From positions 96,472,001 through 96,536,000 of the forward strand of contig OX597822.1 of assembly GCA_951406725.2 (NCBI GenBank): a stretch of DNA of 64,000 nucleotides, read 5' to 3'. Each line of letters begins with the position of its first letter. Position 1 is the stretch's first letter. Position numbers and translations under genes: made by a program. This document shows, in pieces, positions 1 through 14,743 of this stretch. Source of the DNA: Octopus vulgaris (lineage: Eukaryota). The notes below the pieces were generated by a model. The model was not told where the DNA came from. It did no database searches and saw nothing but the letters and a program-made list of their open reading frames with translations.

Positions 1-21
1 ACAAGAAATAACAACACAATC

Positions 22-1896
22 ATGACATATAACGTTGCCCTAGGACAGATCTTAAGAAATACGGGGAATGATTTGACAACCTTAAATAATCTCATTTATT
101 CCACTGCTAAAGTAGTAACTACCCAACTAGGTATTAAGATGACAAAGAAAAAGGCCAGGCATGTCAATGAACCTCCTAAGTGGAAAGTAGCGATACAAAA
201 AGAGATTGAATCTCTGCGGGCGGATGTTTCAGTTCTCGATGAGCTTGCTAGAGGAGTGAATATTAAGCCGAGAAAAGCTAGAAAAATCAAGCAAAAATAT
301 AAAATCAAAGATCTCATAAACCTCCCTGCAACTAAGGAACTGTTGAAACAACGGATACAGTTGAAAGCTCAACGGCTTAGAAGGTATGACAAAAGAAACA
401 AATTTTATCGACAAAATAAATTTTTTAAGACAGATGCAAAGAAATTTTATAGGGAAATTGGCAAAAATAAAATACACATAGAAGATCCACCTAAGATTGA
501 GGAAGTGGAGGAGTTCTGGAAGAAGGTATGGAGCAACGAAAAAGAGTTTAATGCTGAGGCTGACTGGATAGAACGTGAGAAAGAGAGACTGGATGAACTT
601 GAAGAACAGAAATGGGAAGCAATAGGAATAGAGGAGCTAAGGTGTGTCCTTAGGAAGGCTCATAAATGGAAAACCCCAGGACTGGATCGGATCCCTAACT
701 TCTGGCTGAATTGTTTGACAGAGGTACACGAACATCTCGCTGCATCTCTGTCTGATGTCATTCAGAACCCAGAGCAAATACCTGCTTGGCTGACTGAAGG
801 AACCACCTACCTATTACCTAAAACCGAAGACACAAAAAACCCAAAGAATTACCGGCCAATAACATGTCTCAACACCACCTACAAAATCCTCACATCCATA
901 ATAACGGAGAGAATGTACGCTTTCCTTGAACAAAATTCTATCCTTCCACAAGCTCAAAAAGGTTGTAAAAGAAACTCTTATGGGTGCAAAGACCAATTGC
1001 TCATAAACAGAATGATTGTAGAGAATTGCCGGAGCAAAAACAAAAACCTGAGTATGGCATGGATAGACTACAGGAAAGCGTATGACAGTGTCCCACATAA
1101 ATGGATACTCAAGGCCCTTGAGATATACAAGATCTCTCCTGTCGTCTCAAAATTCTTAGAGAATAGCATGACCATGTGGAACACACGTCTCTTTTTAAGC
1201 CATAGTAATGGGATGAGCCAGTCCAACAGCATCAACATCAAACGAGGCATCTTTCAAGGTGACTCCCTCTCTCCATTACTTTTTTGCATGGCACTGATCC
1301 CACTCTCAAACGAATTGGATAGTACTAGATATGGGTACAAAGTTTTTAGTAAATTAATAAACCATCTTTTCTATATGGACGACCTAAAGCTGTTTGCCAG
1401 GAATGACCAAGAGCTAGAAGGGCTGCTAACAACTGTTAAAGAGTTTAGCAATGATATCGGAATGGATTTTGGCCTTGATAAGTGTGCTAAAGCAACTTTT
1501 GTAAGAGGCAAGCTCAAGCAAACAGCTTCTGTTAAATTAGATATTGACACTACCATCAAGGAACTTGACCCACAGGAAAGTTACAAATACCTAGGAATCA
1601 ACGAAGGAGATGGTATACATCATGCTACTATGAAGGAAAAAATAAGAAAGGAATACTATAGGAGAATAAGGCTTGTACTGAAGACTGAACTCAACTCCAA
1701 AAATTGCATTGAGGCCATTAACACCCTGGCACTTCCAGTAGTCCAGTACAGTTTTAATATCATTAACTGGAACCTTACGGAACTCCAACGCTTAGACAGG
1801 AAGACAAGAAAGTTACTGACATCCAGGAGCATGCACCACCCTAAGGCAGATGTAGACCGCTTGTACCTACCTAGAAGCAGCGGGGGTGAGGAATGA
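22..1896 (+). CDS. Non-LTR retrotransposon ORF, reverse transcriptase part (frame open from base 1)
   Basis: RT motifs NYRPITCL, WIDYRKAYDSV, GIFQGDSLSPLLF and YMDDLKL; truncated by a frameshift at ~1888. Confidence 0.93.
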   Translation: MTYNVALGQILRNTGNDLTTLNNLIYSTAKVVTTQLGIKMTKKKARHVNEPPKWKVAIQKEIESLRADVSVLDELARGVNIKPRKARKIKQKYKIKDLINLPATKELLKQRIQLKAQRLRRYDKRNKFYRQNKFFKTDAKKFYREIGKNKIHIEDPPKIEEVEEFWKKVWSNEKEFNAEADWIEREKERLDELEEQKWEAIGIEELRCVLRKAHKWKTPGLDRIPNFWLNCLTEVHEHLAASLSDVIQNPEQIPAWLTEGTTYLLPKTEDTKNPKNYRPITCLNTTYKILTSIITERMYAFLEQNSILPQAQKGCKRNSYGCKDQLLINRMIVENCRSKNKNLSMAWIDYRKAYDSVPHKWILKALEIYKISPVVSKFLENSMTMWNTRLFLSHSNGMSQSNSINIKRGIFQGDSLSPLLFCMALIPLSNELDSTRYGYKVFSKLINHLFYMDDLKLFARNDQELEGLLTTVKEFSNDIGMDFGLDKCAKATFVRGKLKQTASVKLDIDTTIKELDPQESYKYLGINEGDGIHHATMKEKIRKEYYRRIRLVLKTELNSKNCIEAINTLALPVVQYSFNIINWNLTELQRLDRKTRKLLTSRSMHHPKADVDRLYLPRSSGGEE

Positions 1897-2924
1897 TGCA
1901 ATTAGAGCTGTGCTATAAGACCTCTACTGTAGGAATGAACAGGTACCTATCTAGTACAAAGGACTGGATGCTGCGACTTGTGCGCGAACACGAAAGCAAC
2001 AAAAAGCTGCATTCTATTGTCAAGGAAGCTTATAAGTTCGAAAGGGAACTAGACATTAACCTTGAATCAGATGAAGAGCCGGAAACCACTGCTACCAAGC
2101 AAGCAAAGCGAATCAAGCAGACTGCAAAAAAGAACGGGCAGAATCAAATTGAGAGGCGGTGGAGCCAGAAGCCCCTGCATGGACAATATATTCTCCGAAG
2201 TCAAAATGCTGATGTAGACCAAGCAACAACCCATCAGTGGCTGAAGAGCTCTGGATTGAAAGCAGAGACTGAAGGTTTCATAATGGCAGCACAAGATCAA
2301 AGCTTGTTTACCAGAAATTACCAGGCTAACGTTCTCCGAAACGGTACTGACCCTAAATGCAGATTCTGCGACACATTTGACGAAACGATAGACCATCTCG
2401 TTTCGGGATGTCCTGTGCTGACACCAAACGAATACAAAAATCGCCACGATAGGGTAGGACAGTATATACATTGGAAGATATGTAAACACTACAAATCCGA
2501 CATTCCTGCTAACTGGTACGAACACCATCCTCAGCCAGTTGTTGAAGGTAAAGATGTCACCATCCTCTGGGATTTTCCAGTCAACACTGACAGAACGATC
2601 AAGGCTAATCGACCAGACATAATTGTTAAGGACAGGGAAGAAAATACCTGCAGACTAATAGAAGTAAGCGTCCCCACTGATAAAAATGTATCTGTCAAGG
2701 AATTTGACAAACTTAGTAAATATAAGGACCTGGAAATCGAAATACAGAGGATGTGGAATCTTAAAACAAAAACTGTTCCTGTTATTGTAGGTGCCCTAGG
2801 TATGATAAAAAAGGGATGTCAGAAACACCTAGACAATATCCCTGGAAAACCATGTCTCAAGGAAATCCAAAAGATTGTGCTAACAAGTACTGCCCACGTC
2901 CTTAGAAAAACCCTATCAATGTAA
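1893..2924 (+). CDS. Same ORF after the frameshift: CCHC zinc knuckle and restriction-like endonuclease
   Basis: CRFC-x8-H-x4-C, RHD, RPDIIV, IEVSVP and KLSKY motifs typical of R2/R4 RLE elements. Confidence 0.92.
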   Translation: MMQLELCYKTSTVGMNRYLSSTKDWMLRLVREHESNKKLHSIVKEAYKFERELDINLESDEEPETTATKQAKRIKQTAKKNGQNQIERRWSQKPLHGQYILRSQNADVDQATTHQWLKSSGLKAETEGFIMAAQDQSLFTRNYQANVLRNGTDPKCRFCDTFDETIDHLVSGCPVLTPNEYKNRHDRVGQYIHWKICKHYKSDIPANWYEHHPQPVVEGKDVTILWDFPVNTDRTIKANRPDIIVKDREENTCRLIEVSVPTDKNVSVKEFDKLSKYKDLEIEIQRMWNLKTKTVPVIVGALGMIKKGCQKHLDNIPGKPCLKEIQKIVLTSTAHVLRKTLSM

Positions 2925-3082
2925 ATGTCTGTGTTTGCATTACATGGAGATATATCTCTACTTCCCCTCCCCAAGCTTTCAGCTGTATTTCAACAACTCT
3001 TAACCTTCACTTGCCCTAGGGCGCTGGGTGTGCCCCGGCAGGTGATTGCATCAAACATGCAGATTAAAAGTAAATGACAATG

Positions 3083-5765
<2,683 letters not shown>

Positions 5766-5809
5766 TATGATGATGATGATTATGATGATGATGATGATGA
5801 TGATTATGA

Positions 5810-6366
5810 TATGTCCTGATGCAGAACCAGGCAATGGCTCTCACGGCTTCTGTTCTTTACTGATTGGAAGTGTTATCATATACATCGTTTTGTCTTGGTA
5901 TAAAAGATGGGCTACAGCAAATATTCTGCTCAATACCACAGATTTGCTTGTCAGTTGTTTGACCTTAACCAATTGAGCATGTCCCTTAGTGGCTGACGAT
6001 ATGTGCATCTCTGATCATGAGCAGAAGTAGTGGGGCAGCATCATAGCCATGTGTTGAGAGGGATTCTTTGGGGTTTGAATAATTCACCTCTGGAAACATG
6101 GGTGTTTCGTTCAATATAATTAAACAACCCTTATTCAGGGACTTTTTGAGCAGGATGGGCTACTCAACCAGAAGAAAATTCTAACTGGGCCCCACCTGCA
6201 AGGTCATGTGCTGTTTATCTTGATATGAGATCACCATGTCGTGGACATATGGTTGTGGTGCATGTGTCTAGTGTACCCTTATCAGAAGGGTAGTCATGAC
6301 GGGTATACTGGGCTTCGTATATTTTACCCCAGTGTCACTTTGATAGCATGCACTGCTCTCTCACTC
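5810..6366 (+). mobile_element. Non-coding retroposon 3' region ending CTCTCTCACTC-(AAT)n
   Basis: Lies between TAA/TGA tracts; its last ~90-110 bp recur three times at 26251-26734. Confidence 0.7.
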
Positions 6367-6438
<72 letters not shown>

Positions 6439-6439
<1 letters not shown>

Positions 6440-6848
6440 GATGTAAGTGTTCCTGCTGATATAAATATATCTGTAAAGGAATTTGACAAACTGAGTAACT
6501 ATAAGGACCTGGAAATTGTAATACACAAAAAAGTGACATCTTAAAGCGAGAACTGTTCTTGTTATTGTAGGTGTCCTAGTTATGATAAAAAGGGAATGTG
6601 AGAAACAGTTAGATAAGATCCCAGGAGAACTATATCCCAGAGTAATCCAAGAGATTGTACTGACAAGTACTGCCCATATCTTTAGAAAAACCCTATTCAT
6701 TTAAATGTCTGTGTTGTATTACATGAAGATATTTCACTACTTCCCCATTCCCAAGTTTTCAGTCATGCTGTAACATCTTTTATCCTTCACTCGCCCCAGG
6801 ACGCTGGGTGTGTCTTGGCAAGTGGCTGTAACAAACATGCAGATCAAA

Positions 6849-6850
<2 letters not shown>
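6439..6850 (+). mobile_element. 5'-truncated Dong-like copy related to element 1
   Basis: EFDKLSNYKDLEI..VLTSTAHIFRKTL plus a homologous 3' UTR; (TAA)n on both sides. Confidence 0.9.
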
Positions 6851-6888
<38 letters not shown>

Positions 6889-6906
6889 TAACAATAATAA
6901 TAATAA

Positions 6907-7290
6907 TCTTGAAATAGAAATCAGTAAAATGTGGAACCTGAAGACTAAAACAATACCTGTTGTCATAGGTGTTCTGGGAATAATAGCAAAAGGGGCTGAT
7001 TGCTACCTAACTCAGATACCAGGAAACCCCAAAATGGCAGAAATTCAAAAGATAGTGCTCATGGGAACTGCTCATATCCTACGCAAAATATACTTTCTAT
7101 GTAATCTCAAGGTTTAAAACAAACATAATTTTTTTTCGACATCCACTAGTACAACACAAAAAAAAACAACAACCAGATATATGGCACACTAGGCATAACA
7201 ACGACGTGAACTTCCAACCTGTTGTCTCTTGAGGTCTCTGGGTGAGACTTGGAGCCAACTTGTACAAATATAAAGCAAAAGTCAAACATA

Positions 7291-7292
<2 letters not shown>
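6907..7292 (+). mobile_element. 5'-truncated Dong-like copy, third family
   Basis: LEIEISKMWNLKTKTIPVVIGVLG..EIQKIVLMGTAHILRK with a different 3' UTR; (TAA)n on both sides. Confidence 0.88.
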
Positions 7293-7384
<92 letters not shown>

Positions 7385-7430
7385 AAGAAGAAGAAGAAGA
7401 AGAACAACAACAACAACAACAACAATACGG

Positions 7431-7649
7431 GTTTCAAATTTTGGTACAAAGACAGTAATTTTAAATGAGTAGGCAAGCCGAATATATCGACCCCAGTGTT
7501 TAACTGCTACTTATTTTATCGACCCTGAAAGGATAACAAGTAAAGTAGGACCTCAGCGGAATTTGAACTTGGAAAGTAAAGCCCGAGGTTGAACGAAATG
7601 TCGCTATGCATTTCTGGCGTGTTAACAATACTGTCAGCTTTCTGCCTTG

Positions 7650-7720
<71 letters not shown>

Positions 7721-8345
7721 TTCAAATTTTGACTCCAGCCTAGCAATTTTAAGGGGTGGGGTTAGTCAATACCATATACCCCAGTATTTGATTAGTATTA
7801 CATTTTATCAACTTCAGAGAGTTGAAAAGTAAAGTTACCTCCGAATTTGAACTCAGAAAGTTATGAATTGGAAGAAATATCTCTAGGCAGTTTGTCCGAC
7901 GTTCTGAAGATCCTATCAACTCGTCGCCTTAATAATCATAATAATTATTTCGAATTTCCGTACAAGTCCACCAATACTGGTGGGCGGGGTTAGTCGGTTA
8001 CATAGACTCACCTCCCCAGCATACATGACCGGTATTTATTTTATCTGTTTATTGCCCACAAGGGGCTAAACATAGAGAGGACATACAAGGACAGACAAAC
8101 GGATTAAGTCGATTACATCGACCCCAGTGCGTAACTGGTACTTAATTTATCGACCCCGAAAGGATGAAAGGCAAAGTAGACCTCGGCGGAATTTGAACTC
8201 ACAACGTAACGGCAGACGACATACCGCTAAGCATTTCGCCCGGCGTGCTAACGATTCTGTCAGCTCGCCACCTTCATGACCGGTATTTATTTTATTTACT
8301 CCGAAAGGATCGACCTTAGCGGGATTCGAACTCAAAATATAAAAG
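7431..8345 (-). mobile_element. Head-to-tail old SINE-C-related copies (7431-7648, 7721-7930, 7948-8345) in TAA tracts
   Basis: Share the GAATTTGAACTC/GTCGACCTCGGC core with SINE-C but carry a TTTCAAATTTTGGCACAAGG-type tail; the third is interrupted by a young SINE-C. Confidence 0.7.
8047..8274 (-). mobile_element. SINE family C (tRNA-like head)
   Basis: Matches other copies; ~21-bp TSD CATGACCGGTATTTATTTTAT. Confidence 0.9.
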
Positions 8346-9155
8346 GCAAAATCTTACGTTCCTCAAACAAACATCCCTTGCCTTCATAGAATTTTTGCTG
8401 AAAACTTTGTAGTTTCTGAGTGAAGTTGAGAAGTGCGGTCATTGATTAGTTTCACAAAAGATCTAGCAACATTTATGAATACATTTAAACTATGAGCTTA
8501 CATTATGCTAGACTTAATTTTCTATTTCTATTTTCTTTGTCGCTTGTTCTATGTATTTCAACGCTTTAAAATCGTTCCTAGCGATTACACTATTTTAATA
8601 TGAAATAGTTTTGCAAATTATTTCTCCAATCAATGATAGATTAGATACATGCCTGCTAATGTTATGTGAAATGTATTGCATGGTCATGAGATGGCTGGAG
8701 TACCTGTTCACATACGATTTTTCTTGTACATAATAGCCAATCCAATGTGAATGCGCCTGACGAGAACCAACTAGTTAGTCTATGGGTAGGAAATGCATGT
8801 CAAAACAAATAGAGGACCCGTAGAATCTCTTGGTTACAAGGTATTTAAAGTCGTCCATCGGTTCAACCGAGGAAAGTAGATACGCACAACGCCGTCATTT
8901 TTTTAGACCCAGGAACAAGTGTAATACTACGTCCGATTCAAAATGGTTTTAAAAATCACTAAGAAGAACGTAATACTATATAAGGCAAAAACAAAAGCTC
9001 ACAACAGCCGCAGTACTTACTGTCAGTGATGTGTAACCAAAAGAACCAAAGACACTGATCCGTCTTGGCCATATATTAAATACAACGAAAGGAATTTTTT
9101 TCTTTATCTCAATAAAAGAAATGAAATCTTTAAACTTTTAATATATTCTTGTGCT

Positions 9156-9890
9156 CATAGATTTTTTAATAACTGACTGCTTGAATCTAAGGCTAATGTA
9201 TGAAGGGTTTCCTGAAATCCGATACACAAAGCCAAAATATGATTTTTTTCTGTATATTTTTAGCTAAGTAAAGTTGTCGCTTTTCCGAAGAGTAAGTTCT
9301 TCATATAGATCTTTAATAACTGACTGCTTGTATCTATGAGTAATATATGAAGGATTTCAAGAAATTTGACACATAATTAAAGCTAAGTTATATTTTTCTC
9401 TGTGTATTTTTACTTAAGTAAAGTTGTCTCGGATCTTTTCGGTTTGAACGACAGTTTTTAACATAATTTCTAGGTAACTAAAACATTTTAAACTTCGTAT
9501 ACTGGTAGAATGTGTTTACAAAACACTCATTTTCTCTTGGCTTTATTGAGAAAATTCTATAGTTTGTAAGATATTTGTTGTTGTTTTTCTTCAATTTCTG
9601 CAATTTCAACCATTCACTGACGTCCATTGAGGTAAACAATATTCTATGCCGTATGAATATATCCCTCGTTTAAGAAACAGATTGGGTTTATTTACATTTG
9701 TGAAGAAAAAAAGATACCCTTCCCCCACCCCTAACCCTAACCCTAACCCTAACCCTAAAAGAGATTGAAATGCAATAGATCGATACTAGGGTCATAATTA
9801 TGGGTGACAATTTCATATGACACCGCTAGAAAAAACTACCGTTCAAACCGAAAAGATCTGTTGTCTCTTTTCCCAAGAGTATGTACTTCT
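9156..9890. repeat. Diverged ~148-bp tandem duplication; second copy split by a MITE
   Basis: TAATAACTGACTGCTTG..TAAGTAAAGTTGTC..AAGAGTA present twice. Confidence 0.75.
9431..9859. mobile_element. MITE with ~29-bp TIRs, 8-bp TSD and internal (CCCTAA)5
   Basis: TIR GGATCTTTTCGGTTTGAACG / CGTTCAAACCGAAAAGATCT; TSD GTTGTCTC at 9423-9430 and 9860-9867. Confidence 0.92.
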
Positions 9891-10125
9891 GGACATTTTT
9901 CTTGAAATGTTTTCAGACGTGAATTCCAGCCCTTTCTATATAACTCATTTAACACGTGTAAGCCAATGAAACAATATGGTTGCCGAGCAAGCTTGAAACA
10001 ATATGGTTGCCGAGCTAGCTTGTAGCTTGTAGTTGAAAACTGTTTTCATTCAAGATCAACTGTTTCCATAATAGCTCAAGCAATCGTGAAATTTCGAGCA
10101 ACGGCAAAAGTCTCAGCTATATATA

Positions 10126-10193
<68 letters not shown>

Positions 10194-10418
10194 CATATGT
10201 GCGAGAGTGTAAACGAGCGTGCGTGCGAGTGTGTAATTTTAAAACGGTCAAATGAACAAATCAATTCACATAGCTCAAAGATTTGGTGAGTCTGCTTCAC
10301 CTACTATCGTTAGATGTGCGTGATAACATTCAGGCAATTATTGCAAGGACGGCTTCGAAAGAAGCGAGCAATAAGCGCTCAGCCTCTCAGGAAAGTAAAT
10401 AAAAAAAATAACATAACA

Positions 10419-10702
10419 GGCGCAGGAGCGGCTGTGTGGTAAGTAGCTTGCTAACCAACCACATGGTTCCGGGTTCAGTTCCACTGCGTGGCATCTTGGG
10501 CAAGTGTCTTCTGCTATAGCCCCGGGCCGACCAAAGCCTTGTGAGTGGATTTGGTAGACGGAAACTGAAAGAAGCCCGTCGTATATATGTATATATATAT
10601 ATATATAAATTTATATATGAGGATAATATCGATATTCAAGTGTCGAAATTATCAAGTGGCCAGCATGAAAGAAATACCTTACAAAAGACACCCTCATTTT
10701 TA

Positions 10703-10772
<70 letters not shown>

Positions 10773-10991
10773 GCGTGTGTGTGTTTGTGTGTCTGTGTTT
10801 GTCACCCTAGCATTGCTTGACAACCGATGCTGGTGTGTTTATATCACCATTACTTAGCGGTTCGGCAAAAGAGAACGATAGAATAAGTACTGGGCTTACA
10901 AAAGAATAAGTCCCTGGGTCGAGTTGCTCGATTAAAGGCGGTGCTCCAGCATGGCCGCAGTCAAATGACTGAAACAATTAAGTAAAAGAGT
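10419..10991 (+). mobile_element. SINE family A with internal (TA)n(TG)n; ~100-bp insert in the TA tract
   Basis: Head GGCGCAGGAG..GGTTCAGTTCC, tail GGCGGTGCTCCAGCATGGCCGCAGTCAAATGACTGAAAC; many copies in the window. Confidence 0.9.
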
Positions 10992-11068
10992 ATAACACTT
11001 TTCTAAGGAACACACACACACACACAATACTCCCACGTACACAAACAAACACATGTGTACACATACAC

Positions 11069-11229
11069 GTATGTATGTATGTATGTATGTATGTATGTAT
11101 GTATGTATGTATGTATGTATGTATGTATGTATGCATGTATGCATGTATGAATGTGTGTATGTATGTATGTATGTATGTATATATGTATGTATGTATGCAT
11201 GCATGCATGTATGTATGTATGTATGTATG

Positions 11230-11263
<34 letters not shown>

Positions 11264-11485
11264 TGTATGTATGTATGTATGCATGCATGTATGTATGTAT
11301 GTATGTATGTATGTATGTTTGTATGTATGTATGTATGTATGTATGTATGTATGTATGTATGTATCTATGTATGTATGTTTGTATGTATGTATGTATGTAT
11401 GTATGTATGTATGTATGTATGTATGTATATATGCATGTATGTTTGCATGTATGTATGTATGTATGTATGTATGTATGTATGTATG
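11069..11485. repeat. (TATG)n microsatellite
   Basis: Tetranucleotide run with variants. Confidence 0.97.
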
Positions 11486-11899
11486 TGAAAGGAAAACTGA
11501 AAGATAAAAATAGGGAAAAAGGGAAAAAGAGAGAAAACGAGGCACAAAAAGTGGAGGAAGGAAAAGGCACAAGAGTGCACGAACGGTAGACCAGGAAAAG
11601 CGATAGGGAAGGATGGAAGAGCGGTGCCCATTCTCCTATTGTGGCTTAGACCAGTACCTGAGGATTTACTTCTTTTCATGCAAGCAGTGGGAAAGGTTCT
11701 CTTTGACTTGGTGTCATTTTAAAGAACGTTTTTGCACTAGAGATATAACAAAATGCTAAGACTGAATTTTTAAAAATTGCATGAAAGTGAGGAACTACGT
11801 CCGTTGGTGTTTGTCATAAACGAGGGGAGCAGTGCTATGAAGTCCCATTATCACTTCTTGATACACATATGTGCGTGTATATAGATATGTAGTGTATAT

Positions 11900-12035
11900 A
11901 AATCTGTTGAAGAGCGTAGGCTCGAAACGTAAAAGACTTTTTTTATTTATATTCCTGAACGCCATACTAATACAATTGTTTGTTTGTATTCCACCTGCCT
12001 TCGTCTTTTGTTTATTTTCATAAAGCTTCCCGTTA
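11900..12035 (+). mobile_element. Penelope-type pseudo-LTR fragment with a hammerhead-like motif
   Basis: TTGAAGAGCGTAGGCTCGAAACGTA; inverted homologue at ~13065-13190. Confidence 0.6.
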
Positions 12036-12231
12036 TATAAATATGTATACAGATGAGCGTATATATATGTATGCATGCATATACGTATGTATTTAAATGC
12101 ATCTTTCTACACACACACACACACACACACAAAACACACATACTCACGTAAATAGGCGTATACACAAACACACATCGTACTTAAATAAAATTTTCTCTCC
12201 GGCAATCTCAATCTATCTATTTATACATACA

Positions 12232-12306
<75 letters not shown>

Positions 12307-12591
12307 TGTGTGCGTGTGTGTGGGAGTGTGTGCGTGTGTATAAAGGACGGTGTTCAAGCACAGGTCCAGTCAAACGACTGAAGCAAGTAAAATAATAAAA
12401 GAACATATATATATATATATATATACAATGGTTGTATACTGTCAATCTAACAAGAACGTGGCAGTAGGGGGTACACCACCGCTGTATAGCCCTAGGAAGC
12501 ATCGAACGCCTCCTGATAGCTTTGACACATTTTTTCCCTGTGTCCTTATATAGATATACAAAGGGGAAACAAACACCCCCGGCTGCCGGAA

Positions 12592-12649
12592 CTGCATCTA
12601 GGGACACCGTGTTTCAGGATCATTGTCCTTCATCGGCCTAGAGTAGCAG
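12592..12649 (-). ncRNA. Type I hammerhead ribozyme-like motif in a Penelope-type repeat
   Basis: Minus strand TCTAGG-CCGATGA-AGGA..TCCT-GAAAC-ACGGT-GTC-CCTAGA; the core has C instead of U at position 4. Confidence 0.6.
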
Positions 12650-12826
12650 ACACCGGTCAGCTGGTGATATTTGCCTCGACTTCGTAATTCCATATATCTA
12701 TATTCAGTGAAGTTTATTCACTGATTATCAAAATAAGAAATATTGAATTTCTAAATCTCCCTAGATGCAGTTCTATCGCCCCACCACCGTACATGTCTCT
12801 ACGAGAGATTTAGAAATTCAATATTT

Positions 12827-12862
<36 letters not shown>

Positions 12863-12902
12863 TTTTCTTTTAATTTTTCAAAATTTAATTATTTAATCGT
12901 TA

Positions 12903-12939
12903 CAGTTGAAAAGGTCTCAAATGACCGAAACCGGTACTG
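12903..12939 (+). ncRNA. Degenerate minimal hammerhead motif
   Basis: CAG-TTGAAAA-GGTC..GACC-GAAAC-CG-GTA-CTG. Confidence 0.45.
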
Positions 12940-13310
12940 AAATGTTCTTTATAAAATTATTTTAGTATTTTCTATCTTGTTTTTTCTATCTTGTTTTTTC
13001 ATATATATATATATATATATATTTATACATAAATACATACATACATACATACATATATATATATAGTTGAAGTTTACAGAAGAACAAACGAGGAAGACGG
13101 ATGTATGAGCAACAAGCAGGTGCATTAGTTTGACGCTCGGGAAAGTGAGAAAGTCTTTTACGTTTCGAGCCTACGCTCTTCAACAGAAAGGAAGAGGAGA
13201 AAATAGACAGAGAGAGAATAAAACAACTTGTGGATTTAGCGATCAATCAATCAATCAATCAATATATATATATAATCAACCAATCAATCAGTCAATCAGT
13301 CAATCAATAT

Positions 13311-13344
<34 letters not shown>

Positions 13345-13354
13345 TCTTTTATTC

Positions 13355-13790
13355 TTTTACAATCTGGTAAGACCAAAGTTCCAGATGATGATTAGAGTGA
13401 AAGAGAGAAGAAGGCCAGTTGGCATTCCTTGGCATCTGAATGTCCACAAGATAAATGATGCTGTGTTGAGTAAAGAGCTTCAGACTCGCTTGTCCAGCAT
13501 TGAAAATACTGCAGAATGGGAAGAATTTCGAGACCAGGTTCTTCAATGTGCTGTCGAAACACTGCTGGGATATGCTACTGCCAGACACAAAGACTGGTTT
13601 GAGGAAAATGATGCTGAAGTTCAGTGGCTATTGGTTGTAAAGCGCCATGTCCACAATGTATTGCTGCAGAGAGGACTTTCAGCTGCGCAGCGAAATCTAA
13701 CACTTGCTCACTATAGCAGTGTAAAATCACTACTGCAGCGATCTCTCAGAAAAATGCAGAACACTTGGTGGCAGGATCTTGCTCGTGATA
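13355..13790 (+). mobile_element. RTE-clade LINE ORF fragment (region between endonuclease and RT)
   Basis: HKDWFEENDAEVQWLL..LQRSLRKMQNTWW motif characteristic of RTE ORFs. Confidence 0.8.
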
Positions 13791-13807
13791 CATATATACA
13801 TATGTTC

Positions 13808-14208
<401 letters not shown>

Positions 14209-14230
14209 CACTTACACAAGTGTGTATGTT

Positions 14231-14261
<31 letters not shown>

Positions 14262-14646
14262 ATACATATTTATATACATGCATTCACACACACACACACA
14301 CACATACACATACACACACACACATGCACACACACTTGCACACACATAATGGTTCTCAGTAAAATATCTTTTGAGAGGCTTTCTTCTTCTTTTGAAATCA
14401 GAGAGTTGCAATGAATTTATATGTTTTAACTTTTATGCTTCCATACTAAATGAATGCCCAAAGCTGCCTGATAATCTACAGATAATATTTCATTTTTCTC
14501 CTGCTCTTTGTCTGCAGGTTCTTGTTATTTCAAGTGGTTTATAGATGGATGCTTCGAGTATTTCATATTTCAGTGATGTTGTTTGTGTCTTACAACAATC
14601 TGTGTGTGCGACTATGCGTCAGCGTGCGTCTGTGTGAGTAAGTGCT

Positions 14647-14743
<97 letters not shown>

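Larger units (their letters stand above)
1..3075 (+). mobile_element. R4/Dong-clade non-LTR retrotransposon (RLE type), 5' part beyond the window, ends in (TAA)n
   Basis: RT plus C-terminal CCHC and PD-(D/E)xK endonuclease ORF, ~150-bp 3' UTR with a stem-loop, followed by a long (TAA)n tract, the known target type of Dong elements. Confidence 0.93.

Noticed and set aside
1870-1900. Programmed ribosomal frameshift or a two-ORF element
   Set aside because: No slippery heptamer; R4-clade elements have one ORF and the homologous segment at ~3590 is in a single frame
9729-9758. Chromosome end or telomere healing site
   Set aside because: The CCCTAA tract lies inside a TIR-bounded MITE with TSDs
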